This document shows positions 32,002 through 42,285 of a DNA stretch of 64,000 nt, one piece after another. The DNA is taken from IMG/VR virus record IMGVR_UViG_3300011113_000675, positions 32,001-96,000 of that record. One strand, written 5' to 3'. This DNA comes from a virus. Under the pieces are notes generated by a model, which worked only from the letters and a program-made list of their open reading frames with translations, was not told the origin of the DNA and searched no databases. Positions within the stretch are counted from its first letter, which is position 1; every line of letters starts with the position of its first letter. The position numbers and the translations under genes were made by a program.

Positions 32002-32290
32002 CTCTGAGTGGTGTTAATTCGTTTATTTTTAGTAGTTGTGGCATGATGAAATCCGAAACTTCATCTTTTGTAACATCAAATCCATAGTTTCGAAGAAAAC
32101 TAACCACATTATTAAATTCATTATTAAACTTTTCTTGTAAACTCATCATCTTGAAAGTGTATGTGGGGGGATTGTCTAACTCAGATTCACTGAATCCCAT
32201 CTCCTGTAAATGTTGTCTTAATCTCAAATAAATGTCCAAGAGATCTCTCAGATGAGAAGAATATGTTAGATATTTTTCAAAAGGTTTCAT
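31958..32290 (-). CDS. Hypothetical protein
   Basis: TATTTAT 4 nt upstream of ATG at 32290. Confidence 0.55.
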   Translation of the reverse strand: MKPFEKYLTYSSHLRDLLDIYLRLRQHLQEMGFSESELDNPPTYTFKMMSLQEKFNNEFNNVVSFLRNYGFDVTKDEVSDFIMPQLLKINELTPLRDGDTERRDSGDEDY

Positions 32291-32371
32291 AAATATAAAT
32301 ATTATAAAAACTTTTTGTATATAAACTACTACAAAAATAAAAACCCCCACATTTCTGTGGGGGTCTTTTTG

Positions 32372-32743
32372 TTACTTCAACTTTTTTAGTTGGTCTCTAA
32401 TTTCAATCGACTTTTCGAAGTTTTGTTCTTCAATTGATTTTTTGAGTTCATCTTCAAGTTTGTCAATTTCCTTTTGGTTAGTTTCCAATTTCTTGATTTG
32501 GTCTCTCAGTTCAACTGCTTTTTCGAAATCTTCATTTTCGATTGCGATTTCAAGTTGTTGTTTCAAATTTTTTGAAGTTGGGTCTGTTTTGGTATTGTCG
32601 TAGTAATACGTGGTTATTTTCATTGTCCCATCTTCTGAAACTTTAGTTTGAGTTTTCCACTCACCATTATTTGGGGGAAATTGGGTGAACATTTCATCGA
32701 ATGCTCTAAAGATGTCATTATAAAATCTTCTATTACCAAACAT
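32372..32743 (-). CDS. Tandem UVR (UvrB/C coiled-coil) domain protein
   Basis: Two AIENEDFEKAVELRDQIK-type motifs. Confidence 0.8.
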   Translation of the reverse strand: MFGNRRFYNDIFRAFDEMFTQFPPNNGEWKTQTKVSEDGTMKITTYYYDNTKTDPTSKNLKQQLEIAIENEDFEKAVELRDQIKKLETNQKEIDKLEDELKKSIEEQNFEKSIEIRDQLKKLK

Positions 32744-32920
32744 AATTTTAGTTTTTTGTTTTAAGTTTATTTGTTATCTTTGTATTCAAGATTGATGCCG
32801 ACCACAATAATATGACAATCTGTCAGAAAAACAAAGTATTTTTAATTTTTTTATGACAACTTGTCTTTTTAGTTGGAAAAGAATAAATTTTGATATTACT
32901 TTGTAAAAACTAAAAAACGT

Positions 32921-34933
32921 ATGAACGACTTAATGGACGACGAAGACAAAATGATGAGTAAAAAACAGAAGTCAGGAGATTCCTCGACACCTGTGCTAGA
33001 CAATTTCAGTCGAGACTTGAATAAACTTGCAGAGGCGGGAAAATTGGACCCTGTTATCGGAAGAGACCGAGAGATTCTACGAATCGCACAAATTCTCTCC
33101 CGAAGAAAGAAAAATAACCCAATTATTCTTGGTGAACCTGGCTGTGGTAAGACTGCAATTGTTGAAGGTTTGGCGATGAAAATTGTTAATGGTGATTGTC
33201 CTCGTAATCTCTTGGATAAAAGATTGGTTAACCTTGACCTAACTTCAGTTGTTGCTGGTACAAAGTACCGTGGACAATTTGAAGAAAGAATGAAGGTTAT
33301 CATCGAAGAACTTCAAGCTAATCCTAATATCATCGTATTCATTGATGAGATTCATACGTTGGTTGGTTCAGGAAATTCTTCTGGTTCAATGGATGGTTCC
33401 AACATTTTCAAACCAGCTCTATCTCGTGGAGAACTACAAGTAATTGGTGCAACCACTTTGGACGAGTTCAGAAAGAACATCGAAAAAGATGGAGCATTGG
33501 AGCGTAGATTTCAGAAAGTTATTGTTGACCCGTCAACAGTGACTGAGACAATCCAAATTTTGAAGAATGTTCGGGACAAGTACGAAACATATCACAAAGT
33601 GACTTATTCCGATGAGGTCATTGAAACTTGTGTTAAGTTGGCTGATAGATATATCACTGACCGTGAATTTCCTGACAAAGCGTTCGATATCTTGGATGAA
33701 GTTGGTGCCAGAATGCAGACTGAACTCAAGGTTCCCGAGGTAATCGAAGAGTTGAAGCGTAAAGCCGCTGAATTAAAACAACAGAAGTTGGATGTTGTTA
33801 AGAAACAGAATTACGAACAAGCCGCACAACTCCGAGACAAAGAGAAAAAGTTGTTGGATAAATTGGACCAAGAAAAACAAAAGTTCGAAGAACAAATGAC
33901 CAAAGACAAACAGAAGGTTGGAATCGACGACGTTTATGATGTTGTTTCCAACATGACTAAAATCCCTGTCAATAAAATGTCTGTGGATGATACCAAAGCG
34001 TTATTGAACTTGGACAAGCATATTGTTGGAACTGTCATTGGTCAGGATGCTGCGGTTATCAAGGTCGCAAAATCTATTAAGAGAAACCGACTCGGTATCA
34101 AAGATCCGAATCGTCCAATTGGTTCATTCGTTTTCTTGGGTTCAACTGGTGTTGGTAAAACTCACCTTGCGAAACAACTTGCAAAAGAAATGTTCGGAAG
34201 TGAGGACGCGCTAATCCGTGTGGATATGTCCGAATATCAAGAGAAGCATACCGTATCCAAATTGGTTGGAGCACCTCCAGGTTATGTTGGGTACGAAGAA
34301 GGTGGGTTGTTGACCGAGAAAGTTAAGAACAAACCTTACTCTGTTATCTTGTTTGATGAGGTTGAGAAAGCTCACAAGGACGTATTCACGGTATTACTAC
34401 AAATCTTGGACGATGGTCACGTTACAGATAGTTTAGGTAGAAAGATTAACTTCAAGAACACCTTGATTATCTTGACATCGAATCTTGGAGTTAAAAAACT
34501 ACAAGACTTCGGAACTGGTATTGGTTTCTCAACTAATACCTACAGTAACGAGGAAGCGAAGAAAGAAATTTTGATGAAAGAAATGAAAAATTTCTTTTCA
34601 CCTGAATTCATCAACCGTATTGATGACACCATCGTTTTCAATTCTCTATCTCAAGAGGATATCAAGAAAATCACTGACATCGAACTCAAGAAGTTGATGA
34701 AGCGTCTTGACGAAATGAAGTATAAGATAACTTATGATGAATCACTTTTGGATTACCTCTCAAAAATCGGATATGATGAGGTATACGGAGCAAGACCACT
34801 CAAGAGAGCGATTCAGGATAAAGTTGAAGACTTATTATCTGAAGAAGTTCTGACCGACAAAATTATAGTAGGAAAAACCTACGTAATTAAAGTTGAAGAT
34901 GAAGTAGTCAAAGTAGTCAAGAAAGGTCGGTAA
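32921..34933 (+). CDS. clpC: ClpC-like AAA+ unfoldase lacking the N-terminal Clp-repeat domain
   Basis: [21 protein letters not shown]-domain, [20 protein letters not shown] ClpP-binding loop, GARPL. Confidence 0.9.
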   Translation: MNDLMDDEDKMMSKKQKSGDSSTPVLDNFSRDLNKLAEAGKLDPVIGRDREILRIAQILSRRKKNNPIILGEPGCGKTAIVEGLAMKIVNGDCPRNLLDKRLVNLDLTSVVAGTKYRGQFEERMKVIIEELQANPNIIVFIDEIHTLVGSGNSSGSMDGSNIFKPALSRGELQVIGATTLDEFRKNIEKDGALERRFQKVIVDPSTVTETIQILKNVRDKYETYHKVTYSDEVIETCVKLADRYITDREFPDKAFDILDEVGARMQTELKVPEVIEELKRKAAELKQQKLDVVKKQNYEQAAQLRDKEKKLLDKLDQEKQKFEEQMTKDKQKVGIDDVYDVVSNMTKIPVNKMSVDDTKALLNLDKHIVGTVIGQDAAVIKVAKSIKRNRLGIKDPNRPIGSFVFLGSTGVGKTHLAKQLAKEMFGSEDALIRVDMSEYQEKHTVSKLVGAPPGYVGYEEGGLLTEKVKNKPYSVILFDEVEKAHKDVFTVLLQILDDGHVTDSLGRKINFKNTLIILTSNLGVKKLQDFGTGIGFSTNTYSNEEAKKEILMKEMKNFFSPEFINRIDDTIVFNSLSQEDIKKITDIELKKLMKRLDEMKYKITYDESLLDYLSKIGYDEVYGARPLKRAIQDKVEDLLSEEVLTDKIIVGKTYVIKVEDEVVKVVKKGR

Positions 34934-34975
34934 ATTAAAAAGGGGAGAAATCCCCTTTTTTTTATATTTATAATC

Positions 34976-35584
34976 ATGAGTAATTTTTCCCGACTGTTAG
35001 ATAAGTTTAAAGATTCATTCCCACAAGATTTACAATCGAAAGTCGATGTAATCGAAAATTTTGTTGTAAACTATATTCAAGAAAATAACCTTAATGTAAA
35101 ATTCTTGAATTCATGTAATGCAGGATTCAAAGGGGTTAGAACAAGAGACCAAATTATTATTTGTTCTCCTTTTGGTATGGAAACAATCGGGGATTTTTTA
35201 TATACCATATTTCACGAAATCAGGCATGAACAACAGATTAGAGATTTGAAAATGTTGAATCCTTTGACGGATTTTGATTTAGAAGATTTCGAGGCTCTTT
35301 ACGAACATTACTGGAATATGGAGTTGGATGCTGACAAATTTGCAAAAGAAATGGTTGCAAAACTCGTTATCAAATTAGGGATTCCAATCGATATCGCAAA
35401 AAAATTATTTTCATTGTCACCGTATGTTGAACAATATCCAAGAATGTCGAACATGGTTCGTGGAGGAATTCAACAAATTATCAACGACATCAAGACAATA
35501 AAAAAATCGGGTGGTGAATATACTGATATTCAAGACCACCCGGTAGTACAAAGACACATCGATAAGTTAGAGGATTTTATTTAA
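34976..35584 (+). CDS. Putative zincin metallopeptidase
   Basis: FHEIRH (HExxH) and downstream ELDA. Confidence 0.6.
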   Translation: MSNFSRLLDKFKDSFPQDLQSKVDVIENFVVNYIQENNLNVKFLNSCNAGFKGVRTRDQIIICSPFGMETIGDFLYTIFHEIRHEQQIRDLKMLNPLTDFDLEDFEALYEHYWNMELDADKFAKEMVAKLVIKLGIPIDIAKKLFSLSPYVEQYPRMSNMVRGGIQQIINDIKTIKKSGGEYTDIQDHPVVQRHIDKLEDFI

Positions 35585-36418
35585 TCAGAATGGATGAAAT
35601 TGTCCTCTTGGTACCGACTTTTTGAAATGTAGTTTATAACCCAACTCTTCAATCATTTTTCTTCCCATTTCTATCCCGTTGAATACGTCCTCAATAACGA
35701 CATATTCTTCAGGACTATGGTAATCATAATATCCAATAGAAAAGTTGATACAAGAAAAGTCAAATTTAGTTCTCAAAGCATAAACGTCAGTATATGGGTG
35801 AACCATGTATTGCATTTCTTCTTTAATCATTCCTTCAGTCAAAACTTTATCAATTTTTTCAAAAAACTCGGTATCTCTGTCAAATAACATTTGTCCGAAA
35901 CATTTTTCAGTAATCATCCAATTTTCGGGAGCATCGAACTGAATACCATATCCAACATTTTCGAAAAATTTGGGATCGGCGGCCTTTGAACCATGACATC
36001 CAGTTTCTTCTGAAGCAAAGAATGCCGCTTTTATGTTTGGTAATTCTCTGAGTAAAGATAAACAAGCAAACACACCACATTTATCATCTCCACCAATACC
36101 TGTAGGTCTTTCGTTATCATTGAATGCTTTCAATGCTGGTTTCAATTCACCTTGAGCATTTTCTAACATCATTTCTTTGATATTGATTGTATCGATATGG
36201 TGAACTGTATCCGTGTGGGATATTACACAAGGGAAATAAAAATCTTCAGGAAGGTCAGTTGTTTCTTGTTTGGTCGCATAGATATTCAATTTGTCATCGA
36301 CATAATGTTCTATGTTGTTTTCGGTTAACCAATTAACCAAAAATTCAACCATACGATGTTCTTGGTAAGTTTTTGTGGGTACGCTCAGAACTTCTTTGAG
36401 CAAATTTATATCTTTCAT
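35585..36418 (-). CDS. M20/M28-family metallopeptidase
   Basis: SHTDTV, GGDDKCG, SEETG, YHS. Confidence 0.8.
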   Translation of the reverse strand: MKDINLLKEVLSVPTKTYQEHRMVEFLVNWLTENNIEHYVDDKLNIYATKQETTDLPEDFYFPCVISHTDTVHHIDTINIKEMMLENAQGELKPALKAFNDNERPTGIGGDDKCGVFACLSLLRELPNIKAAFFASEETGCHGSKAADPKFFENVGYGIQFDAPENWMITEKCFGQMLFDRDTEFFEKIDKVLTEGMIKEEMQYMVHPYTDVYALRTKFDFSCINFSIGYYDYHSPEEYVVIEDVFNGIEMGRKMIEELGYKLHFKKSVPRGQFHPF

Positions 36419-36438
36419 TCTACAAAGATATGAATAAA

Positions 36439-37482
36439 TTAGATTTCATCCAAACTAAACAATGAAGGTTGGTATAATAAATTATAAAAATTTTGTTCAC
36501 CTAAAGACAGTGTCTTTTGTTTTAATCCTTTCGACAATGTCACAATTATTTTCATTTCAGGAAATTTGAATCCTTCGATTTTGAATCTTGTTTCTTTTTT
36601 TGAATCTTTCGGTAAAAAGTAAAATTCTTCTTGTCTGAATTTTTTGAGAATTCTTGAAGTCATGTCAGTGAAATCTTTGAAGCTAACTCCTTCCTCTTCT
36701 CCATCTTCCTGAATTGTATCCAAAATTTCAGTAAAAATTTTATTTGCAGTTCCGTTGAAACTTTCAGAATCAAATTCTTCGGGGTCTTCATACGCATAAT
36801 AATCTTCTTGCCAACCACCTGGCGCTTGTTGTCTACCAAAAATTCTTTCTAATAATTTTTTCATAGAAAGGTGAAGGTCACCTTCATTAATATACAAGGC
36901 TATTAAGTCCGCCACCTTAATTCTAAACCCATCTGTATAAGCGTCAATTCCCAACTCATCGAAATACTCATCCATCTCTTTATTCATCGCCGTCGAAAGA
37001 GATCTTTGAAATGCGTGATTTTTTTCATAGACATAATCTTCGATGACATACTTTATTTGTTTTCCGAAATTATCCATCAATACTTGGGATAACTCTTTTC
37101 TGTATTCGTCATCTGAAAAGTCGACTTTCATGGGAAGTATTGCACTAGAAATTTCAGACAATAATTCTTTGTTTTCGTCATCCAAAGTATAGTAAAAACT
37201 ATACCCTTCCATAAAGTCTTCTGTGGATGAATAGTGGTCTATAAATTCATAATCGTTATACGGAGAATTAATCACTTGATAAAACCAAACATCATCTTCC
37301 GATAATCCCAACGCCTGCAAAAATTCTTGTTGATTTTTGAACTCAACACTTATAACGCTTTGACCTGGTGTACTTCGGTCCTCTCTCATGTACGAGAATA
37401 GGTCATCCGAAGATAATAATTCATCTTTAGTTATTTGTCTTTTAGCGTAACTTCTTAAAGCCCTGAAAGTTTCATAATTCAT
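36439..37482 (-). CDS. Hypothetical acidic protein
   Basis: Long ORF with TATTTAT upstream. Confidence 0.55.
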   Translation of the reverse strand: MNYETFRALRSYAKRQITKDELLSSDDLFSYMREDRSTPGQSVISVEFKNQQEFLQALGLSEDDVWFYQVINSPYNDYEFIDHYSSTEDFMEGYSFYYTLDDENKELLSEISSAILPMKVDFSDDEYRKELSQVLMDNFGKQIKYVIEDYVYEKNHAFQRSLSTAMNKEMDEYFDELGIDAYTDGFRIKVADLIALYINEGDLHLSMKKLLERIFGRQQAPGGWQEDYYAYEDPEEFDSESFNGTANKIFTEILDTIQEDGEEEGVSFKDFTDMTSRILKKFRQEEFYFLPKDSKKETRFKIEGFKFPEMKIIVTLSKGLKQKTLSLGEQNFYNLLYQPSLFSLDEI

Positions 37483-37545
37483 ACTACAAATAAATATCAA
37501 TTCTGTTGGATTCGGAAATATTTATACTTACATTTGTACAACAAT

Positions 37546-37960
37546 GGGGATGAACGGTATTGATTGACATTGTTGGGGATAAGTGGCACGTAGTCAGAAT
37601 TCATCTATGACTTGAATCTATGGTGAAGAAAGTAAACGGCAATACTCTTGCTAAGATGTCTGCTTTAGGTTTGACTAGAGAAGCATCTGTTGTAACTGCT
37701 TAAGAAGTAGATACAACGTCAGGTCGATTGGGCATATAACCTAGGAACAGAAGCCCTCCAAGGTGGATACCACCCAAAGCGTATCAAAAGGTCACGTTCA
37801 GAGGGCTACCTTATTTCAAGTGAACTCGACACAGTTGTTGGTAACGATGTCAAAATAGGAACCATCTATTTCGGAAGGTATGAAAAACCTTGACCTAAAC
37901 GTGTAGGCATTTATTGTCAAAGTGAGCAAGACGCGAGTTCGAATCTCGCCATCTCCACCA
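37546..37960 (+). ncRNA. ssrA: tmRNA; tag ORF 37638-37703 encodes GNTLAKMSALGLTREASVVTA
   Basis: GGGGAUG/CAUCUCC-ACCA acceptor with G3-U, T-arm GCGAG-UUCGAAU-CUCGC, internal tag ORF, TACATTTG upstream, terminator downstream. Confidence 0.92.
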
Positions 37961-37993
37961 AATAAAAAAGGGGTCAAAATGACCCCTTTTTTT

Positions 37994-39190
37994 TTAGTTT
38001 CCTTTTGATGGAAATCTTGTCCATCCATTTACCCAAACAGGTTTATCTAATTCAGGAATTACCACATCAATTTCTTTATTACTTTTTGATAATGCTAATG
38101 TTTTAAGTTGTTCACTTGTTAGAATTGTGGTTGCTCTACTGATGAAATTCAGAGTTGGATTGAATGTTCCGACTGAATTGTTTTCAAAGACAGATACACC
38201 ATCTTTTACGAACTGTGCGGTTTCATTACTTTCCAAACTTAATCCCCCTTTCATCCATCCCCAAACTACACTGTTCTTCATTGTGAATTGGGTTGCTCTC
38301 CTAAATCTCATCCCCAAGTTGTGGTTTGCTAAAGCTGTAGATACATTTGGTCCAACCAAAATCATATTGTAAAGTTTTGGGTGGGTATATGGTTGTGCTG
38401 AAGATCCTGTTCCGTCATTATCACATTCTACACCATTTCCAGCGTCACCACTGTCGACAAATTGTGGGTCTCTTTTTGCAACTCCATTTGTTATTGTTCC
38501 TGTATAACCAAAGTCAAAATCGAAATCATCATCTGCGGTTGCGTATGCATAAAGATTTTTACCATTTACGGTTCCACCAAAGAATTCGAATGCGTCATCG
38601 TTTGCGTATATGGTTTGAACATTCTCGAGTATGGTTCCATTTCCAACTCCACCTAATGTAAGAGCGTTTATTTCTGAGTTCGGCATCGCGGCAACTCCAG
38701 CATATTCAATTCTGACATATCTAAGAACTCCACTATTGTCTGAATCATCTGTTCCACCATAAGGTCTTCCGATTCCACCTTCAATTGTAGGTTCAGAGGA
38801 ACGGTTTGTCTTCGCTCTACCTAAAATTACTATACCACCCCAATCACCAGGAGATCGTTGTCCCTCAGGTCTCCCTGACGTAAATACGATAGGTTTGGTT
38901 GGGGTTCCCTCAGCAATTATTTGGGAACCTCTTTCAATACATAAAGCACCTTTTTCTGCAACATCAGAAACTATGGTTGTGCCTGGTTGAATGATAAGTT
39001 TTGCTCCATCGGTTACATAAACATATCCTTTAAGTGTCCAAACTTTGTCCGAGGTCAAAGTTATTGTGGTGTTGATGTTTCCTGTCAATGTTGTTGTTTG
39101 TGGAACATTGATTGGTCCTTCACCTCCACCTAAGTCTCTATCACAACTGAAGAGTCCTAATGCAATCATAATTGTTAATAGTTTTTTCAT
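37994..39190 (-). CDS. Surface lipoprotein with beta-helix-like repeats, partner of the TonB receptor
   Basis: Lipobox LFSC; GDWGG, NSGVLRYVRIEY, DDAFEFFGG, DDDFDFD. Confidence 0.75.
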   Translation of the reverse strand: MKKLLTIMIALGLFSCDRDLGGGEGPINVPQTTTLTGNINTTITLTSDKVWTLKGYVYVTDGAKLIIQPGTTIVSDVAEKGALCIERGSQIIAEGTPTKPIVFTSGRPEGQRSPGDWGGIVILGRAKTNRSSEPTIEGGIGRPYGGTDDSDNSGVLRYVRIEYAGVAAMPNSEINALTLGGVGNGTILENVQTIYANDDAFEFFGGTVNGKNLYAYATADDDFDFDFGYTGTITNGVAKRDPQFVDSGDAGNGVECDNDGTGSSAQPYTHPKLYNMILVGPNVSTALANHNLGMRFRRATQFTMKNSVVWGWMKGGLSLESNETAQFVKDGVSVFENNSVGTFNPTLNFISRATTILTSEQLKTLALSKSNKEIDVVIPELDKPVWVNGWTRFPSKGN

Positions 39191-41670
39191 AAATTTAGAT
39201 TTAAGGTTAATGAAACTATTGTTTCGTTATTTGTGTTTATTAAATTACGGTTTGAAATTCTTTGATAGTTTATTGATGGTTGTGCAAAAATGTCTGATAT
39301 TGCCAACTTCAACTCTCCCTTTGGAAGTTTATGTAAGAATGTAATGTCCAAAACATCTCTACTATTTTCGAATATGTCAGGATATCCTTGGAAACCGACA
39401 GCGGATATTCTTTCACCAATTCTATTGTAGGTTAGATTAAGTGTATTATTTTTCTTATTGATGTTCACACCTGAATTAACAACATAGTTTGATTGTCCTT
39501 GTAATTGTCTTTTTACACCATTCACATCAACCTCAGAATTCATAACTGAAGCATTTGTGTAAAAATCAAACCATCCATTTATTCTTTTTCTAACTTCCAT
39601 TTCAACACCATATACAATCGCAGATTCAGGATTTGCATAAGTTAGAAGTAAGTTGGATGGAACTGACCCGTCAGCAACAACTTGTTCGATTGGGTTTATG
39701 AAGTTTTTACCAAAGAATGAAAGGGAAATATTTTCTGTGTTTGAAGGATATAATTCGTATTTCAGATCAACATTGTATATGTCGGTTTTTTTCAAGTTGG
39801 AGTTTCCTAATATTTGTGCGTTTCTAACAAAATCATAATACGCGAAGTTTGCGACTTCTCTGAACTCTGGTCTTGCCAAGGTCTTACTCAAAGAAAATCT
39901 ATATTTGGTTTTCTCCAAGTTGTAAGAAAGGTTCAATGATGGAAGAATGTCCAAATATGTTCTATTAACTTTTACCTTTTGACCACTAAAATCTGCAGTT
40001 TCAACATCAAACAAGTTGTATTCACCTCTTACACCTGTATTGATTTTCCATTTTCCGATCTCGTTCTCATACATCGTATAAAGATTACCCAAATCAAAGT
40101 CAGCGGTGTATCTATCTGTATTGTTGGTTATTTCATCCAATAAATCTGTTGTTTGATATCTGAAAACTCTTGCATTGAACCCTCGAATCTTTTTCAAATA
40201 ACCTCCACCCACTTCGAATTTACCCAAATCCCTTCTTATGTTTCCATTGAATGAGTTTTCATCCATAACACTCCAAAATCTATAGGTGTCTCTCCACGCC
40301 GTTGCGAATGGTTCATTTACACCCAATGATTTGGTAATAGGGTTAATTCTATAGTCAGGTTGTTCTCTGAAGATGTAATTATATCCGAAATTGAAATCAA
40401 AAGTTTCAATATTACCATCAACCTGTGAGTTGATTACCACGTTATTGATATGGTTTGACGCATTACTCAACACATCTTGAACATTGTCAAAGTTCTGACC
40501 TTCTCTTGTTAGGTATGAACTCTCCTTTTGAAAGTTTGCCAATGTTTTCCAACTATATTTGTTTTTACCCAAATAAGTTAAATTCAATAATCCATTTGTG
40601 GAGAATCTCTGTGTATATAATTTATCGTTATAGTCATACGCCAATTCAGTGGAAGATTGATAATCCTTTCTCTCAATGTTGTTGAGAGTATATGAGTTTC
40701 TTACTGTTGAACTAAATAAGGAACTCCATTTTCCTTTTACATAACCAAATGAAAGTCCTCCATTCAAGTTTGGAATAGATTGAAAACTGTTTTCGGATGG
40801 GTTTCCTATCTGTTTTGTGAATAATCTTTTATCACCATTACCACTTATTCTGTATTTGTAAGTTGAAGGAAAGGTTGATGGAAATGGTATTGATTTCACC
40901 ATTCTGAAATCTCTGAGAGTTGATACGGATCCGAAACCTGTTCCAAAACTGACATCAAAGAAGTTGTCAGATACTTCCTTTGTTGATACTTGAACCAATC
41001 CTCCACTCCAATCACCAAGTTGGTTTGCCGAAAATGATTTGGAAACCATAATATTATCAATCAAAGAAGTTGGGATAATATCAAATGAGAATGCCCGTCT
41101 ATCAGGTTCTGTGGAGGGTAAAGGTGTTTGATTTAACATTGCGGAATTATATCTATCGGCGAGTCCTCGAACCAAAACAAATTTGTCATTCTGAATTGTG
41201 ACACCACTTACTCGTTTTAATGCATCACCCAAATTTCTATCGGGGGTTTTCTTGATGAATTCAATTGATAGTCCATCGGAGACAACAATATTATTTCTAA
41301 TGGATTTCATCACTGAAATATCCGTGACCTTTTGGGCCGTCCCTCGAACCAAAACCTCATTTAATTCTGTATCGGTTTGTTCGAAAATAATATCTATATT
41401 TGTATCCGAGGTTAGATCAATGGTCGTTACGAAATCTTTGTAACCGATGTAAGTTCCTTTAACCTGATATTCATCGGAAACCAAATCAATCTCATATTGA
41501 GCATTTTCATTGGATATTGTAGTGAAAACTTGTCCCTCTTTATTCTGAAATGTTATGTGTGCGAAATATATTTCTTCACTATTTGATTTTGTCTTACCTT
41601 GAAGTTTAACTTTTTCTTGAGAGAAGACACTCAACGGAAAAAGTAACATAAAAATAAAATATTTTGTCAT
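39187..41670 (-). CDS. TonB-dependent outer membrane receptor
   Basis: Signal peptide, plug motif DALKRVSGV...VRGLADRY, beta-barrel with ARPEFRE and GNSNLK. Confidence 0.9.
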   Translation of the reverse strand: MTKYFIFMLLFPLSVFSQEKVKLQGKTKSNSEEIYFAHITFQNKEGQVFTTISNENAQYEIDLVSDEYQVKGTYIGYKDFVTTIDLTSDTNIDIIFEQTDTELNEVLVRGTAQKVTDISVMKSIRNNIVVSDGLSIEFIKKTPDRNLGDALKRVSGVTIQNDKFVLVRGLADRYNSAMLNQTPLPSTEPDRRAFSFDIIPTSLIDNIMVSKSFSANQLGDWSGGLVQVSTKEVSDNFFDVSFGTGFGSVSTLRDFRMVKSIPFPSTFPSTYKYRISGNGDKRLFTKQIGNPSENSFQSIPNLNGGLSFGYVKGKWSSLFSSTVRNSYTLNNIERKDYQSSTELAYDYNDKLYTQRFSTNGLLNLTYLGKNKYSWKTLANFQKESSYLTREGQNFDNVQDVLSNASNHINNVVINSQVDGNIETFDFNFGYNYIFREQPDYRINPITKSLGVNEPFATAWRDTYRFWSVMDENSFNGNIRRDLGKFEVGGGYLKKIRGFNARVFRYQTTDLLDEITNNTDRYTADFDLGNLYTMYENEIGKWKINTGVRGEYNLFDVETADFSGQKVKVNRTYLDILPSLNLSYNLEKTKYRFSLSKTLARPEFREVANFAYYDFVRNAQILGNSNLKKTDIYNVDLKYELYPSNTENISLSFFGKNFINPIEQVVADGSVPSNLLLTYANPESAIVYGVEMEVRKRINGWFDFYTNASVMNSEVDVNGVKRQLQGQSNYVVNSGVNINKKNNTLNLTYNRIGERISAVGFQGYPDIFENSRDVLDITFLHKLPKGELKLAISDIFAQPSINYQRISNRNLINTNNETIVSLTLNLNL

Positions 41671-41797
41671 TGCCTGATTTTTTCAACAATAATTACGAGA
41701 GGGTCTCTTCGAAAACTCAAATTCAAAATTATCAAATGATTATGTTGTTGTTAAGAAAAAAAATATTAACTTTGTGAATTGAAAATTAAAAACCGAT

Positions 41798-42244
41798 ATG
41801 AACGAAAGATTAAAACGGATTATATTCAAGAAGTTAAACCAAGATTTAGGTCATGCTGAAATCATTGTGGATGATAATAAATCCATTTGGTTCATCGATC
41901 GTGCAAATAAGTATTGGTATTTGGAACTGAGAAGTTCAGGGACTCTATGGTGGAGATACTCATTCTTCCGTGATTTTTTTCCGTTGTTTGGCATGGAACG
42001 GCTAGAATATGAATCCGTCATAGCGGAATGGGTGGAAGAGGTACTCAAACGCGGGGTGTCTTCAACTCTACAAAGCAAAATCGCCTACCAGAATCAGGTG
42101 GAAGAGGTTCTCAAACGCGAGGTGTCCTCAACAAATTCCTATGAACATTTACCATTTGAAGTAGAAAAAGTTCTGTCTCTCAAAGCTGGTGTCAGAGAAT
42201 GTAAAATGAAAATTAAAAAATTCTCAAAAAAAATAATAAGTTAA
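41798..42244 (+). CDS. Hypothetical protein with in-frame VEEVLKR repeats
   Basis: TAACTTTG upstream; repeats at 42031 and 42097. Confidence 0.6.
   Translation: MNERLKRIIFKKLNQDLGHAEIIVDDNKSIWFIDRANKYWYLELRSSGTLWWRYSFFRDFFPLFGMERLEYESVIAEWVEEVLKRGVSSTLQSKIAYQNQVEEVLKREVSSTNSYEHLPFEVEKVLSLKAGVRECKMKIKKFSKKIIS
42031..42193. repeat. CRISPR-like repeat-spacer unit: 36-nt repeat, 30-nt spacer, 36-nt repeat, then a degenerate third copy
   Basis: GGTGGAAGAGGTACTCAAACGCGGGGTGTCTTCAAC vs GGTGGAAGAGGTTCTCAAACGCGAGGTGTCCTCAAC (33/36 identical). Confidence 0.6.
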
Positions 42245-42285
42245 AATCCCTCGAATATTCGGGGGATTTTTTTTATCTTTGTAGA

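Noticed and set aside
37816-38028. 70-aa minus-strand ORF
   Set aside because: Antisense to the tmRNA 3' end and its terminator.
41798-42244. Diversity-generating retroelement target
   Set aside because: No reverse transcriptase and no template/variable repeat pair in the window.
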